Of a stretch of DNA of 44,932 nt, positions 8,623 through 17,222 are shown one piece after another. The notes under the pieces are model-generated. The model had not been told where the DNA came from. It did not search any database and saw nothing but the letters and a program-made list of their open reading frames with translations. Every line of letters begins with the position of its first letter. Position 1 is the first letter of the stretch. The translations under genes were made by a program, and so were the position numbers. This stretch comes from Citrobacter phage phiNP. The DNA lies in the sequence record OR565852. One strand, given 5' to 3'.

Positions 8623-10536
8623 TCAGTAGAACATAGGCATGGAGATCCGGCCGCCATTACGGGTTTCAATGGTCTGCTTCTCGCCATTACTGCCGGTCAT
8701 GGTAATTTCCAGCCTGAGTTTCTGATCCTCAAACGCCGCTTTCATCGCGCTGGTCAGATTTTCCCGTTCAGATGCGCTGGTACCACTACGCGGCTGGATA
8801 ATGGAGGGCGTCGCCCTGCTGGTGTTACCGGCGGCAACAGGTGCAGGTGACGCTGGCGACTGGCTGGCTATCACCCCGGGAGCATCCACCGCCGGTTTTT
8901 CTGCCTCCCTCACCACCGGCGGTAGCACCGGTGCCGGAACCCGGGCAGGATTCTGGTTAGCCCCTTGCGCGATATTCCGGTAATGCGCCAGTACGGCGCC
9001 AGGATACGCCGCGTTTTCCCGCCCCCACCGGCTCCGATCATAACCGCCGTTGTAATACCGCAGCGCCAGCGCCACATTTCCCCGGGAGCGTTGCATGTTC
9101 TCCGCGAAAATCTGCGCCCCGGCCATGATGTTTTGCCGGGGATCGGTCCAGTCAGTGACGCCGGTATTGCGGAAGTTTGACGGCATGACCTGCATCAGCC
9201 CCCGGGCGCCCGCCCGACTGATAGCACGCGGATTACCGCCGGACTCCTGGGACATTATCGCCTTAAGGAGTGTCGGATCGACGTTATATTTATCACCGGC
9301 TTCATGGAGAAGGTCGTCATATCGCCCCGCCCGTTCATAGGTTGTTGAGCGGCGGGATACAGGACGCCTCTCTGCTGGCCTGCGTGGCGCAATACCCGTC
9401 AGATCCTCCTGCAGCTGTGCCGCCGCGTCAGTTGCACCATAGCGGGCATCGTAGCGCCTGCGCACGGCGTCAGTATAAAATCCGGCATCCACCGCCCCGC
9501 GCTCCATCCGGGACAGGCTGCCGTACAGGTCTTTATCTCCCTGAATACGTCGCAACTTTTTGGCATTATCGCTGCTGACAAAACCGAGCGCATGAGAGAG
9601 GCCAGTAAAATCGCCGTGAGAGAACAGATCCGTTATGCCCTCCAGTCCATCTTTTACCGAACCGTCGATTTTATTCAGGCTGCCCAGTAACATACCGGCG
9701 GACATTTTCTTTTTCAGACCGTCCCATGATGCGCTGACTTCATTCAGGGTGCCGTTCATATCCTTCAGCTGGTCATTCAGAGCCGGATCCATCGTCAGAC
9801 CAAACTGATCGGACTTCGCCAGCAACTCTTTCAGGCGGGCACCTTCGCGCAGCAGCTGCAGACCGTTAGCATCCAGCCCCAGCGCATCAGCGGCGGTCTT
9901 CTGGTTCTCCGGTGACAGAGAGGGAAATACCCGGGCGATAGATTCCAGGGTTTTCAACACATCCGCCGTACCGTCCTTGTTCCTGACAATCTGTGCGCCA
10001 ATCTGGGACATCGCCCCCAGGACCGCGCTGTTTTTTCCCCAGAGCGCATCATTGAAGGTTTTAAACATCCCTTCTACAGACGCGTTCGCGCTCTGACTGT
10101 CGCTACCGAGGATGCGCATAGCGCCTGAAAGGCGGGTAAACTCGTCCACCCGCATTCCGGCGTTTTTGGCTGACACATCGAGGTTATAAGCCTCCCGCGA
10201 CGCCTCCGCGAAACTCTCTGCGACCCGCTTCATGCCATACCCGACCGCACCGGCCAGGCCAACTGAAGCCAGCTTTCCGGACAGCTCCCCCACCATTTTC
10301 AGGGGAGGAACCATATCACCGACAAACTGGACGTTATCGCGGGCCGCCCGGGCCATGCTGTCCAGTCGTCCGGAAATATTATCCAGCCCGTCAGTAGTAT
10401 CCTGGCCACCCAGCGCAAGCTCATCCTGGGTGTTCTGCAGTAGCGGGAGAAGCTTACGCACGGCCCCATCTATCCGGGAGACAGCATCACTGACCTGATC
10501 ATCTGCCACCAGTTCAAAATCAAATGCATTACTCAT
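8623..10536 (-). CDS. Tape measure protein with C-terminal soluble lytic transglycosylase domain
   Basis: Long helical N-terminal part; SLT motif IMSQESGGNPRAISRAGARGLMQVMP...YNGG. Confidence 0.85.
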   Translation of the reverse strand: MSNAFDFELVADDQVSDAVSRIDGAVRKLLPLLQNTQDELALGGQDTTDGLDNISGRLDSMARAARDNVQFVGDMVPPLKMVGELSGKLASVGLAGAVGYGMKRVAESFAEASREAYNLDVSAKNAGMRVDEFTRLSGAMRILGSDSQSANASVEGMFKTFNDALWGKNSAVLGAMSQIGAQIVRNKDGTADVLKTLESIARVFPSLSPENQKTAADALGLDANGLQLLREGARLKELLAKSDQFGLTMDPALNDQLKDMNGTLNEVSASWDGLKKKMSAGMLLGSLNKIDGSVKDGLEGITDLFSHGDFTGLSHALGFVSSDNAKKLRRIQGDKDLYGSLSRMERGAVDAGFYTDAVRRRYDARYGATDAAAQLQEDLTGIAPRRPAERRPVSRRSTTYERAGRYDDLLHEAGDKYNVDPTLLKAIMSQESGGNPRAISRAGARGLMQVMPSNFRNTGVTDWTDPRQNIMAGAQIFAENMQRSRGNVALALRYYNGGYDRSRWGRENAAYPGAVLAHYRNIAQGANQNPARVPAPVLPPVVREAEKPAVDAPGVIASQSPASPAPVAAGNTSRATPSIIQPRSGTSASERENLTSAMKAAFEDQKLRLEITMTGSNGEKQTIETRNGGRISMPMFY

Positions 10537-10956
10537 CGTCGCCCCTCGCCCTGATCCCGTTGATGCGGTCAGCCTGCGCCACCCACCATTTCAGGCGCTG
10601 CCAGGTCATGTTCCATGCTGTATCAGACGGCCACCTGAAATAAAAGGTGACGTCAGCCGCCGTCACCTGCCATTGTGTCAGGGCTTCCAGGTCAAAAAAC
10701 CGAGTAAATATTCCTCGCATTTGCGGAAGTCCAGAAAGTCCATCGGTGCCAGAACACTCTCACGAACACCGGACACCAGCGCAATCAGTAGCCGCATGGC
10801 CGCCAGCGAGGTCGATGCCGTCTGCTTTTCATAGAATTGTTCAGCCTGGCTTAACGTCGGTGCCTTCAGCTCCAGAGAGTCATAGCGCGTTTTCTGCGCC
10901 TGGTCTTCCAGGGGGACCGTCAGCGTCACCACTTTGATTCTGTCCAGCTCTGCCAT
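10529..10956 (-). CDS. Tail assembly chaperone, -1 frameshifted long form (G-T analogue)
   Basis: A -1 slip on T_TTT_TTG joins the 92-aa frame to the 10529-10720 frame (..FFDLEALTQWQ...), which runs into the tape measure start. Confidence 0.6.
10678..10956 (-). CDS. Tail assembly chaperone, short form (lambda G / Mu gp41 analogue)
   Basis: Position between the tube and tape measure genes; ends ...GFLTWKP just after a slippery heptamer. Confidence 0.75.
   Translation of the reverse strand: MAELDRIKVVTLTVPLEDQAQKTRYDSLELKAPTLSQAEQFYEKQTASTSLAAMRLLIALVSGVRESVLAPMDFLDFRKCEEYLLGFLTWKP
10693..10699 (-). promoter_or_regulatory. Programmed -1 ribosomal frameshift heptamer T_TTT_TTG
   Basis: The + strand reads CAAAAAA. 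The zero frame reads ggt ttt ttg, which fits X_XXY_YYZ. Confidence 0.6.
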
Positions 10957-10958
10957 TA

Positions 10959-11330
10959 TCAGTTCTCCGTTACGTCGCGTCCTTCCCAGCGCACATCAAA
11001 AACAGCGTCCTCGCTTTCCACTTCCTGGACATTCACCGTCCAGAGGCTACGACCTATGATGGTTTTGCCGTTAGCCAGCTCCGCGATGACGTTCACATTA
11101 GTCTGGTCGTTAAAGCCCGCCACGACCGTACCGCCGCTGTCGCGCAGACGCGCGGAGATATAGGACGCCACCGGCTTTTCCTTGTAGCCGTGGACGCCAT
11201 CCATCCCCACAAGAGAGGTGCGGTTAACCTTCGCAGCCTGGTATTTAAACGAGCCTTCCACCATCACCGTCACCCCGTTCACGGTGACGTAGGCGGTACC
11301 CGCCAGGCGGTTTGTGGTATCTCCTGTCAT
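10959..11330 (-). CDS. Tail tube protein (Mu gp40-like)
   Basis: 123 aa, immediately downstream of the sheath gene. Confidence 0.8.
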   Translation of the reverse strand: MTGDTTNRLAGTAYVTVNGVTVMVEGSFKYQAAKVNRTSLVGMDGVHGYKEKPVASYISARLRDSGGTVVAGFNDQTNVNVIAELANGKTIIGRSLWTVNVQEVESEDAVFDVRWEGRDVTEN

Positions 11331-11333
11331 TGT

Positions 11334-12836
11334 TTAAGCTCCTGTAGTTGACTGCGCCTGGAGGCGGAACTGTGTCAGCAGTGCAAAGATGCGCAGCTGG
11401 TTCATCAGCGTTCCGGGCCAGAGGACATCGACCCGGTTGGGGTTCAATGCGTTCTGCTCGACGATCAGGTTTTTCGCGAATGATGCCGAATCCTGCACAT
11501 AGCCGTTATATTCCAGGGTCTGGTATTCCGCGATCTGGTCTGCCCTGATGACGTTCGGGGTCACGATGGCGGCTCCCGGCGCAAACCGGGTCCCGTCCGC
11601 CGCCAGTTTCATCCGGCCAAATTTGCTGGTTACCTGCGTGCGCAGATAGCGAACCACAAACATCAGGTTAAACAGCGTTTCCACCTGCAGATAGCTGTCA
11701 TCCGCATCGCCGTAAGCGTTGGTCTGGTAGGTGGTGATCACGTTCTCCACGCTAACGGTGCCATCATCCGCTACGGTAAAGGTGGAAATACCGCTGTGCA
11801 GCAGGTTGTTGCGTTCGGTCAGCGTAAACCGATCCTCCAGCGCTGGCGCCAGCACACCATACACCGGCAGGGTCTGAGTGGGACGACCGGGGTCGTTACG
11901 CAGCGACGGCGCTATGGCCCCGGTCAGTGCCGCCGCCCAGACATAAGACGGAGACGGTGACCGGTTCACGCCCATCAGCGTCTCATGCTGGTTATTGCGG
12001 GTTTCTCCCTTTGTCCCCAGCTCCGCGTAGGTGCCACTGGTCACACCAAATGCATGACCATAGAGCTGCTGCTCCCAGGACCAGCGCCCGGTGGCATCCG
12101 ACAGAAACGCCTTTATGGCGTCCAGCGATGCCGTGTCATCCCAGGGGTTTACGATGAAATCAAAGGTCTTGTCCTGCAGGTTTGCCAGCCCACCAACCAT
12201 ATCAGGTGCACCGGCGCCGCCGGTCATGGGCGAAATGGTGATATCCAGGCCGACAGGTGTTGCCTCTCCACCCTGTGAGCCCAGATAGTTCAGGCGCAGA
12301 TCCACCGAGTTACCGCAACTTCCGGGGTTACGGGCCGTCAGCTCTACGGCACCGGCATTCGCAGACGCCGCTACCGGAATCCCCGCCTTTTTATTAATCG
12401 CCGCGGCCAGCGCGGTGGCAATCTGACTACTGGTATCATCGGAGGTTACGGATACCTGTACCCGGGTACCGCCAATATAAAGCGAGATCACACCAGCCCC
12501 TGACGCCGTTCCGCTGATGGCAATGCTACCCGTCGCGCTGACCATGCTGGAGTCAGCGGCCAGCGGCAGGATCCAGATCTCCGCAGCGGTATCGTTCTGC
12601 TGGTAAGCCGTCATCATCGCATGCAGCATCGAGCCCCTGCCGGTCAGCTCCCCGACCACATTCACGGACGAAACGCGAACAGGAATATCCGGCGCCGTGG
12701 TGCCGGTATCCAGCATCTGGCCAATCAGCAGCGTGCGCTGGGTTGCCGTGGCGCTGTTCGCCATAGAGTTATCAAACTCCACAAAAAACAGCGGGGTTCG
12801 AAGATTAGACGGAATTCGGGAAAACGGGACGGTCAT
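11334..12836 (-). CDS. Contractile tail sheath protein (Mu gp39-like)
   Basis: 500 aa with a sheath-type sequence and position. Confidence 0.9.
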   Translation of the reverse strand: MTVPFSRIPSNLRTPLFFVEFDNSMANSATATQRTLLIGQMLDTGTTAPDIPVRVSSVNVVGELTGRGSMLHAMMTAYQQNDTAAEIWILPLAADSSMVSATGSIAISGTASGAGVISLYIGGTRVQVSVTSDDTSSQIATALAAAINKKAGIPVAASANAGAVELTARNPGSCGNSVDLRLNYLGSQGGEATPVGLDITISPMTGGAGAPDMVGGLANLQDKTFDFIVNPWDDTASLDAIKAFLSDATGRWSWEQQLYGHAFGVTSGTYAELGTKGETRNNQHETLMGVNRSPSPSYVWAAALTGAIAPSLRNDPGRPTQTLPVYGVLAPALEDRFTLTERNNLLHSGISTFTVADDGTVSVENVITTYQTNAYGDADDSYLQVETLFNLMFVVRYLRTQVTSKFGRMKLAADGTRFAPGAAIVTPNVIRADQIAEYQTLEYNGYVQDSASFAKNLIVEQNALNPNRVDVLWPGTLMNQLRIFALLTQFRLQAQSTTGA

Positions 12837-12997
12837 TTACTGGCCCCCTTATTTTTGGTTTCAACCAGTGCCACATCGCCATCGCGCAAACGGCGGCGCC
12901 AGAAAGTATTATCCGGCACCTCGGCGCCGGATTTGGGCAAAGCTTCGCCCCGGACCGGGCAGCGAACGCTGAGCCCGTCCTTCGGTTTTACGAACAT
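12833..12997 (-). CDS. Small conserved tail-module protein (Mu gp38 / DUF2635-like, 54 aa)
   Basis: Hand translation MFVKPKDGLSVRCPVRGEALPKSGAEVPDNTFWRRRLRDGDVALVETKNKGASK*. Its stop overlaps the sheath ATG (ATGA). Absent from the track because it is under 60 aa. Confidence 0.55.
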   Translation of the reverse strand: MFVKPKDGLSVRCPVRGEALPKSGAEVPDNTFWRRRLRDGDVALVETKNKGASK

Positions 12998-12999
12998 AA

Positions 13000-13545
13000 T
13001 TACTCCTGCAGATCGATACTGACGCCGGGGCGCGGAGTGCCGTCCGGCATTTCAATAGTGATGTCCACGCCCTCCAGGGGGTGGGTTTCGATAGGATAGA
13101 AGTCCTCCGGCCCCTGGTAGTGCTCGATGTCGATTTCCACCAGCAACTGCCCCAGATGTGCCTCACCGTCGGCATCTACGTTGATTGTCGATCGCACTTC
13201 GGCATACTGCTGAATCCGGCGGGTCAGCTCATAGCTGTTGATAACAGCCCGCTCGACCTGATCGCGCAGCGTCTCCAGCGCGATTTCGGCCCGCATGGCG
13301 CCATCATCCTCTGATTCGCCGTCATATTCCTGCACCCGCCCCGTGATCCGGATGGTGGTCACGGTGGTGAATGCCGGCGCATTACGGCCCTGAGAACGCT
13401 TGTGGTCAAAGGGGGTCTGAACCAGTATTGCCGGATAGATATCGGCCCGGGTGGGCCAGTCCCGGGGAGAATAGACGCGCTCCCCGGCGTCCGTCTTCCC
13501 GGCCAGGCTGGCAACAACCAGCTGCCTGATAGTGGATGCATTCAT
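13000..13545 (-). CDS. Tail completion / terminator-like protein (Mu gp37-like)
   Basis: Function assigned by position only; coding is supported by tight coupling to its neighbours. Confidence 0.5.
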   Translation of the reverse strand: MNASTIRQLVVASLAGKTDAGERVYSPRDWPTRADIYPAILVQTPFDHKRSQGRNAPAFTTVTTIRITGRVQEYDGESEDDGAMRAEIALETLRDQVERAVINSYELTRRIQQYAEVRSTINVDADGEAHLGQLLVEIDIEHYQGPEDFYPIETHPLEGVDITIEMPDGTPRPGVSIDLQE

Positions 13546-13892
13546 GATCGGGACCTGACGACGTTGAGCACCAGCTTTGTGCCGCCGTGGCTGTCGGGCT
13601 GTTTATCCATAACAACAAACAGCTGATTAACCGGAACACCGCCGACAGTGCGAATAAAAACACGATCTCCCTGCTCCGGAGGTCGGGTAAAATCCGAATC
13701 CCTGACGCCCAGCACCGGACTGGTGGTGTTGATCTCAGCATCGCCATCGAGGTTCTCAGCCAGCTGCACATAGCCCCGATCAAAGATGCCATTCACGTCA
13801 AACGGCGTACCGCCGCGCGGGCGGTACTCATGCCGGTCACCAAAAACCTGATGCAACGGTGCCAGCAGATGGGTATCCCAGTTAACCCCCAT
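13542..13892 (-). CDS. Head-tail joining (neck) protein candidate
   Basis: Lies between the head and tail modules; no motif recognised. Confidence 0.45.
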   Translation of the reverse strand: MGVNWDTHLLAPLHQVFGDRHEYRPRGGTPFDVNGIFDRGYVQLAENLDGDAEINTTSPVLGVRDSDFTRPPEQGDRVFIRTVGGVPVNQLFVVMDKQPDSHGGTKLVLNVVRSRS

Positions 13893-13894
13893 AA

Positions 13895-14200
13895 TCAGCC
13901 CTCCGTAATACTGACGCCGGACGCCTTCGCCAGCGCCTTTTTACGGACCGCCTGCAGGTCCGCAATGACACCCGCCTGAATCAGACGTTCAGCATCCGCA
14001 CCGGTGACGGGAATACGCCTATTTTCACCGTATTCCCGCCCGTTATGACGGACACAGTTCCCCTTCAGCACCACATAGTCAGGATCCGATGTTTCGTCCT
14101 GCGACTCTTCGGCGTCCAGAATTTCTTCATCTTCCGGCCCGTCATACCCTGTTTCTTCTGCCTGAAGCAGGGCTTCATTTTCCGGTTTCTTTTTACCCAT
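13895..14200 (-). CDS. Hypothetical head-proximal protein with an acidic N-terminus
   Basis: Directly downstream of the major capsid gene, at the position of lambda FI/FII. Confidence 0.45.
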   Translation of the reverse strand: MGKKKPENEALLQAEETGYDGPEDEEILDAEESQDETSDPDYVVLKGNCVRHNGREYGENRRIPVTGADAERLIQAGVIADLQAVRKKALAKASGVSITEG

Positions 14201-14201
14201 A

Positions 14202-15251
14202 TCACACCACCGTTGCGCAAAGTGAAGCGTTGACCCGGCTCGGAATCACCAGCGGCGCGGACTGCATCAGCAGAAGGCGCTGAGCGGGATCTTCTTTGAC
14301 CCAGGTTTTCGGCGCGTACGCTAATGGCCCGTAGTTGAAGGCAGGATCCATGATGACGCCAAATGCCCGGGTTCCCATCAAATCGGCACAACTCATCAGA
14401 ACAGCGCCGTCCGGGATGAGGGGTTTTTCCTTGTTATCTTCCGGGTCAATAAACCAGTCGTTATAAAGCCACAGGTCAAAGTTGCCCCAGCGCCCTTTAT
14501 AGACGGCCCCCTTCATGATCTGCGCCCCGGCATTGACCTGGTTACCAAACGGACTCAGTGCCGGGAAGGTGATCGCGTTGTCCTTGATGGTGGTATCCAG
14601 ACGGAACGCACGCCAGGATTTGTTGGTGAAAATCAGATCGGTTGCCACCGCGCCGGACTTCTGCAGGACACGGGTCTGCCAGTCCTCGATATCATCTGAC
14701 GGTCGCGTGTTCGTGGCACCGGCTGCCACAGTGAGCGGCCAGACGTCCGAGCCACTCAGGGTGACGGTCAGAGAGGGATCGCGCCCGAAATTCACCACAC
14801 GGGTTTCGTATCCGTCGCCGGAGACTGTGACGGTGCCGGTAGTCAGTGCGCTGGCGGCCATCCACTCCAGACGGCGGTTAATCATGTCAATCTGATCGGC
14901 CATCTCGAACTGCAGGTTCAGCATTTCGCGCTCAGCCGCGGTATATTCTCCGCCAATGCGTTCACCAATCTGACGACGGATAGGTTTACGCAGATCCGGC
15001 GCGCGCTTATCTTTGATATACGCAGGTTTAAAGGTATTGGTCTGGTAGGTTCGGGACTCCACCAGCTTGCCTTCCACCAGCGGAGACACAAACGGCGACA
15101 TACGGCGAAGACCCACGTCCACGTCAATCGCCACCTCTTCCTGGTCAGATGTCACCACATTTGGAAAGAAGCGGTCCAGCAGCCAGTTCTGGCTGGTTTT
15201 CAGGTTCGGCACCACCTGCACCAGCACACTGGTATCAAAAATATTCTTCAT
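14202..15251 (-). CDS. Major capsid protein, lambda gpE family
   Basis: N-terminus MKNIFDTSVLVQVVPNLKTSQNWLLDRFFPN is typical of gpE-family capsids. Confidence 0.9.
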   Translation of the reverse strand: MKNIFDTSVLVQVVPNLKTSQNWLLDRFFPNVVTSDQEEVAIDVDVGLRRMSPFVSPLVEGKLVESRTYQTNTFKPAYIKDKRAPDLRKPIRRQIGERIGGEYTAAEREMLNLQFEMADQIDMINRRLEWMAASALTTGTVTVSGDGYETRVVNFGRDPSLTVTLSGSDVWPLTVAAGATNTRPSDDIEDWQTRVLQKSGAVATDLIFTNKSWRAFRLDTTIKDNAITFPALSPFGNQVNAGAQIMKGAVYKGRWGNFDLWLYNDWFIDPEDNKEKPLIPDGAVLMSCADLMGTRAFGVIMDPAFNYGPLAYAPKTWVKEDPAQRLLLMQSAPLVIPSRVNASLCATVV

Positions 15252-15344
15252 ATCAGGTCTCTTTGCTATGCCGGCTCACTGGCCGGCCAAATTCAGAACA
15301 GAAGCACCCCTGCCGGTTAAGGCATACGTTCAGTGCTTCGGGGA

Positions 15345-15752
15345 TCAGGAAGAGGAAAGCGGCGTTTGTACACTGTCGCGCAGAAAGATGGCTACCGGGC
15401 GTAGCGCGGTTTTCATCTCCGCCATGGTCCAGCTTTTATCGATAGTGACACGATTCTGGTTAAATTCACCCATCAGATAAACACCGGCCTGCTGCTCTGC
15501 GTCGGTGGCATCAACATCATCCACCAGAATGGCCAGCGGCGTCTGGCTACCGTCAGCAGCCGTTTTAACGCAGGCGGTATAGTTACCGGAGTCGGTGATC
15601 ATACCCAGTACGGTACCGCGTGTTAGCACGTTACCGGCATCAATCATCACCGTATCGGTGACCAGCTGCAGAGTACCGGCAATCAGCTGATCGGGGACAA
15701 ACAGAGAACTCTGCATTCCCGGAGAAAACGGGTTTGGCCCAAACTGATCCAT
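15345..15752 (-). CDS. Head decoration protein (lambda gpD-like)
   Basis: 135 aa, immediately upstream of the gpE-like gene. Confidence 0.7.
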   Translation of the reverse strand: MDQFGPNPFSPGMQSSLFVPDQLIAGTLQLVTDTVMIDAGNVLTRGTVLGMITDSGNYTACVKTAADGSQTPLAILVDDVDATDAEQQAGVYLMGEFNQNRVTIDKSWTMAEMKTALRPVAIFLRDSVQTPLSSS

Positions 15753-16354
15753 TATTTTTCACCTCGCGCATTGTTATAGAGCTGCGTCATTTTGCTGACG
15801 AGCTCCGATTTACCATTTGACGCCTTCCCCCCATCCGCGCCCAGACGGACCTGCTGCCCGGACATCATGCGCTCATCCAGAGAGCGACGCCCGCCAGCAG
15901 CCCCGGCACCACGCTGTGCTGCTGCGGACGATTTCATGACGCTGATAGCGGCGGCCGAACTCATCCCGGTATTGAATGCCAGCGATGCAGCCAGCGCCGG
16001 ATTAGCAGCAGCATGGTGGCTGCCAAAGATACGGGCGCAGCGGCGGCGTTCAGCCGTTCGGGCCTTACGTGTCGCTTTTCCTTCCTTTTCATCATCGCCG
16101 TCATCCTCTTCCGCATCCGGCTCCTGCTCATCATCACCTTCCGCATCCGGATCGGTCTCATCGTCTTCGGCGTCGTCCTCACGGTCGTCATCTTCGGCGT
16201 CACCATCACGATCATCGTCTTCCGCATCGTCCTCGCGCTCGTCTTCTTCAGCGCGGCGGCTGCGGGCCTTCTTCGCTTTTTTATCCTCTTCATCCTCAGA
16301 TGCAGAGGCGCCTAAACCCAACAGATGGGCGAAACTGAATGATGCTTTTGCCAT
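15752..16354 (-). CDS. Scaffold-like protein with a long acidic repeat tract (Nu3 position)
   Basis: Lies between the protease and decoration genes. About 90 aa of D/E-rich repeats (DDAEDDDRDGDAEDDDREDDAEDDE...). Confidence 0.55.
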   Translation of the reverse strand: MAKASFSFAHLLGLGASASEDEEDKKAKKARSRRAEEDEREDDAEDDDRDGDAEDDDREDDAEDDETDPDAEGDDEQEPDAEEDDGDDEKEGKATRKARTAERRRCARIFGSHHAAANPALAASLAFNTGMSSAAAISVMKSSAAAQRGAGAAGGRRSLDERMMSGQQVRLGADGGKASNGKSELVSKMTQLYNNARGEK

Positions 16355-16355
16355 A

Positions 16356-17222
16356 TCAGGCTCCTGTCAGTGAAAGTAGTTTTCTAAAAGCGGCATCCGG
16401 GGTAATCACCTCATCAGCCAGACCCAGTTCAACGCCATCACCGGCCATAAAACACGCCGCCTGGGTGTTTTTAATGACTTTTGCGCTGATACCACGGTTA
16501 CGTGCAACGGTGTTAACAAACAGTTCCCCCATTGCGTTAATGTCCTGCTGAATGGCCGTAAACGCCTCATCGGACAATTCTTTATAGGGCGACCCCTCCG
16601 CCTTACGGCTGCCAAAGGTAATGATTGTGACCTTCAGGCCGTCATCCATGATGCGCTGGCTCCAGTCCAGATGCATGGTCACCACGCCCACAGAGCCGAC
16701 GCCACCGGTGCGCGGTACGCAGATGCGATCGGCGGCGCTGGCGATAGCATAGGCCGCTGAATAGGCGCTCTCTGACAAAATGGCGTGAATCGGCTTATCG
16801 CCGCGGGCGCTATAGATTTCATCCACCAGGTCAAAACAACCGGCTACCTCCCCACCCGGGGAGTCGATGTCAAGACAAATCCCGGTAATCTCAGGGTCTG
16901 CCATCGCGGTCAGAAAGGTCTGCCGTATTCCGTCATAACCGGTCATTCCACTGTATGGACGCAGGCAGCCCAGCTTCTGGACCAGCGTCCCCTGAATGGG
17001 AATAACCGCAATCCCGGCCACATTGTCATAGCCCGGATCCCGCTGCGTTGAGCGCCGTCGGTTATCGTCATAGCCATACGACTCATCAGACATCGCCATG
17101 GATGCCTCCACCCTGCTGATGCCAAATCGATCCATGACGGCCGCCATAATGACCTCAGCTTTATGCGGGTGAATCGCCAGCGGCGTATTAAAAAGCCGCT
17201 GTGCCAGATGGGGTAAATTCAC
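16356..17222 (-). CDS. Head maturation protease, S49 (SppA/ClpP-like, lambda gpC family)
   Basis: S49 peptidase-like core (IDSPGGEV...SAAY) and a position after the portal gene. Confidence 0.85.
   Translation of the reverse strand: MNLPHLAQRLFNTPLAIHPHKAEVIMAAVMDRFGISRVEASMAMSDESYGYDDNRRRSTQRDPGYDNVAGIAVIPIQGTLVQKLGCLRPYSGMTGYDGIRQTFLTAMADPEITGICLDIDSPGGEVAGCFDLVDEIYSARGDKPIHAILSESAYSAAYAIASAADRICVPRTGGVGSVGVVTMHLDWSQRIMDDGLKVTIITFGSRKAEGSPYKELSDEAFTAIQQDINAMGELFVNTVARNRGISAKVIKNTQAACFMAGDGVELGLADEVITPDAAFRKLLSLTGA

Noticed and set aside
12909-13175. 88-aa minus-strand ORF overlapping the gp37-like and gp38-like genes, and the 128-aa ORF at 13406-13792
   Set aside because: These are out-of-frame overlaps with better-supported, translationally coupled genes, and their translations are Arg/Ser/Trp-rich.
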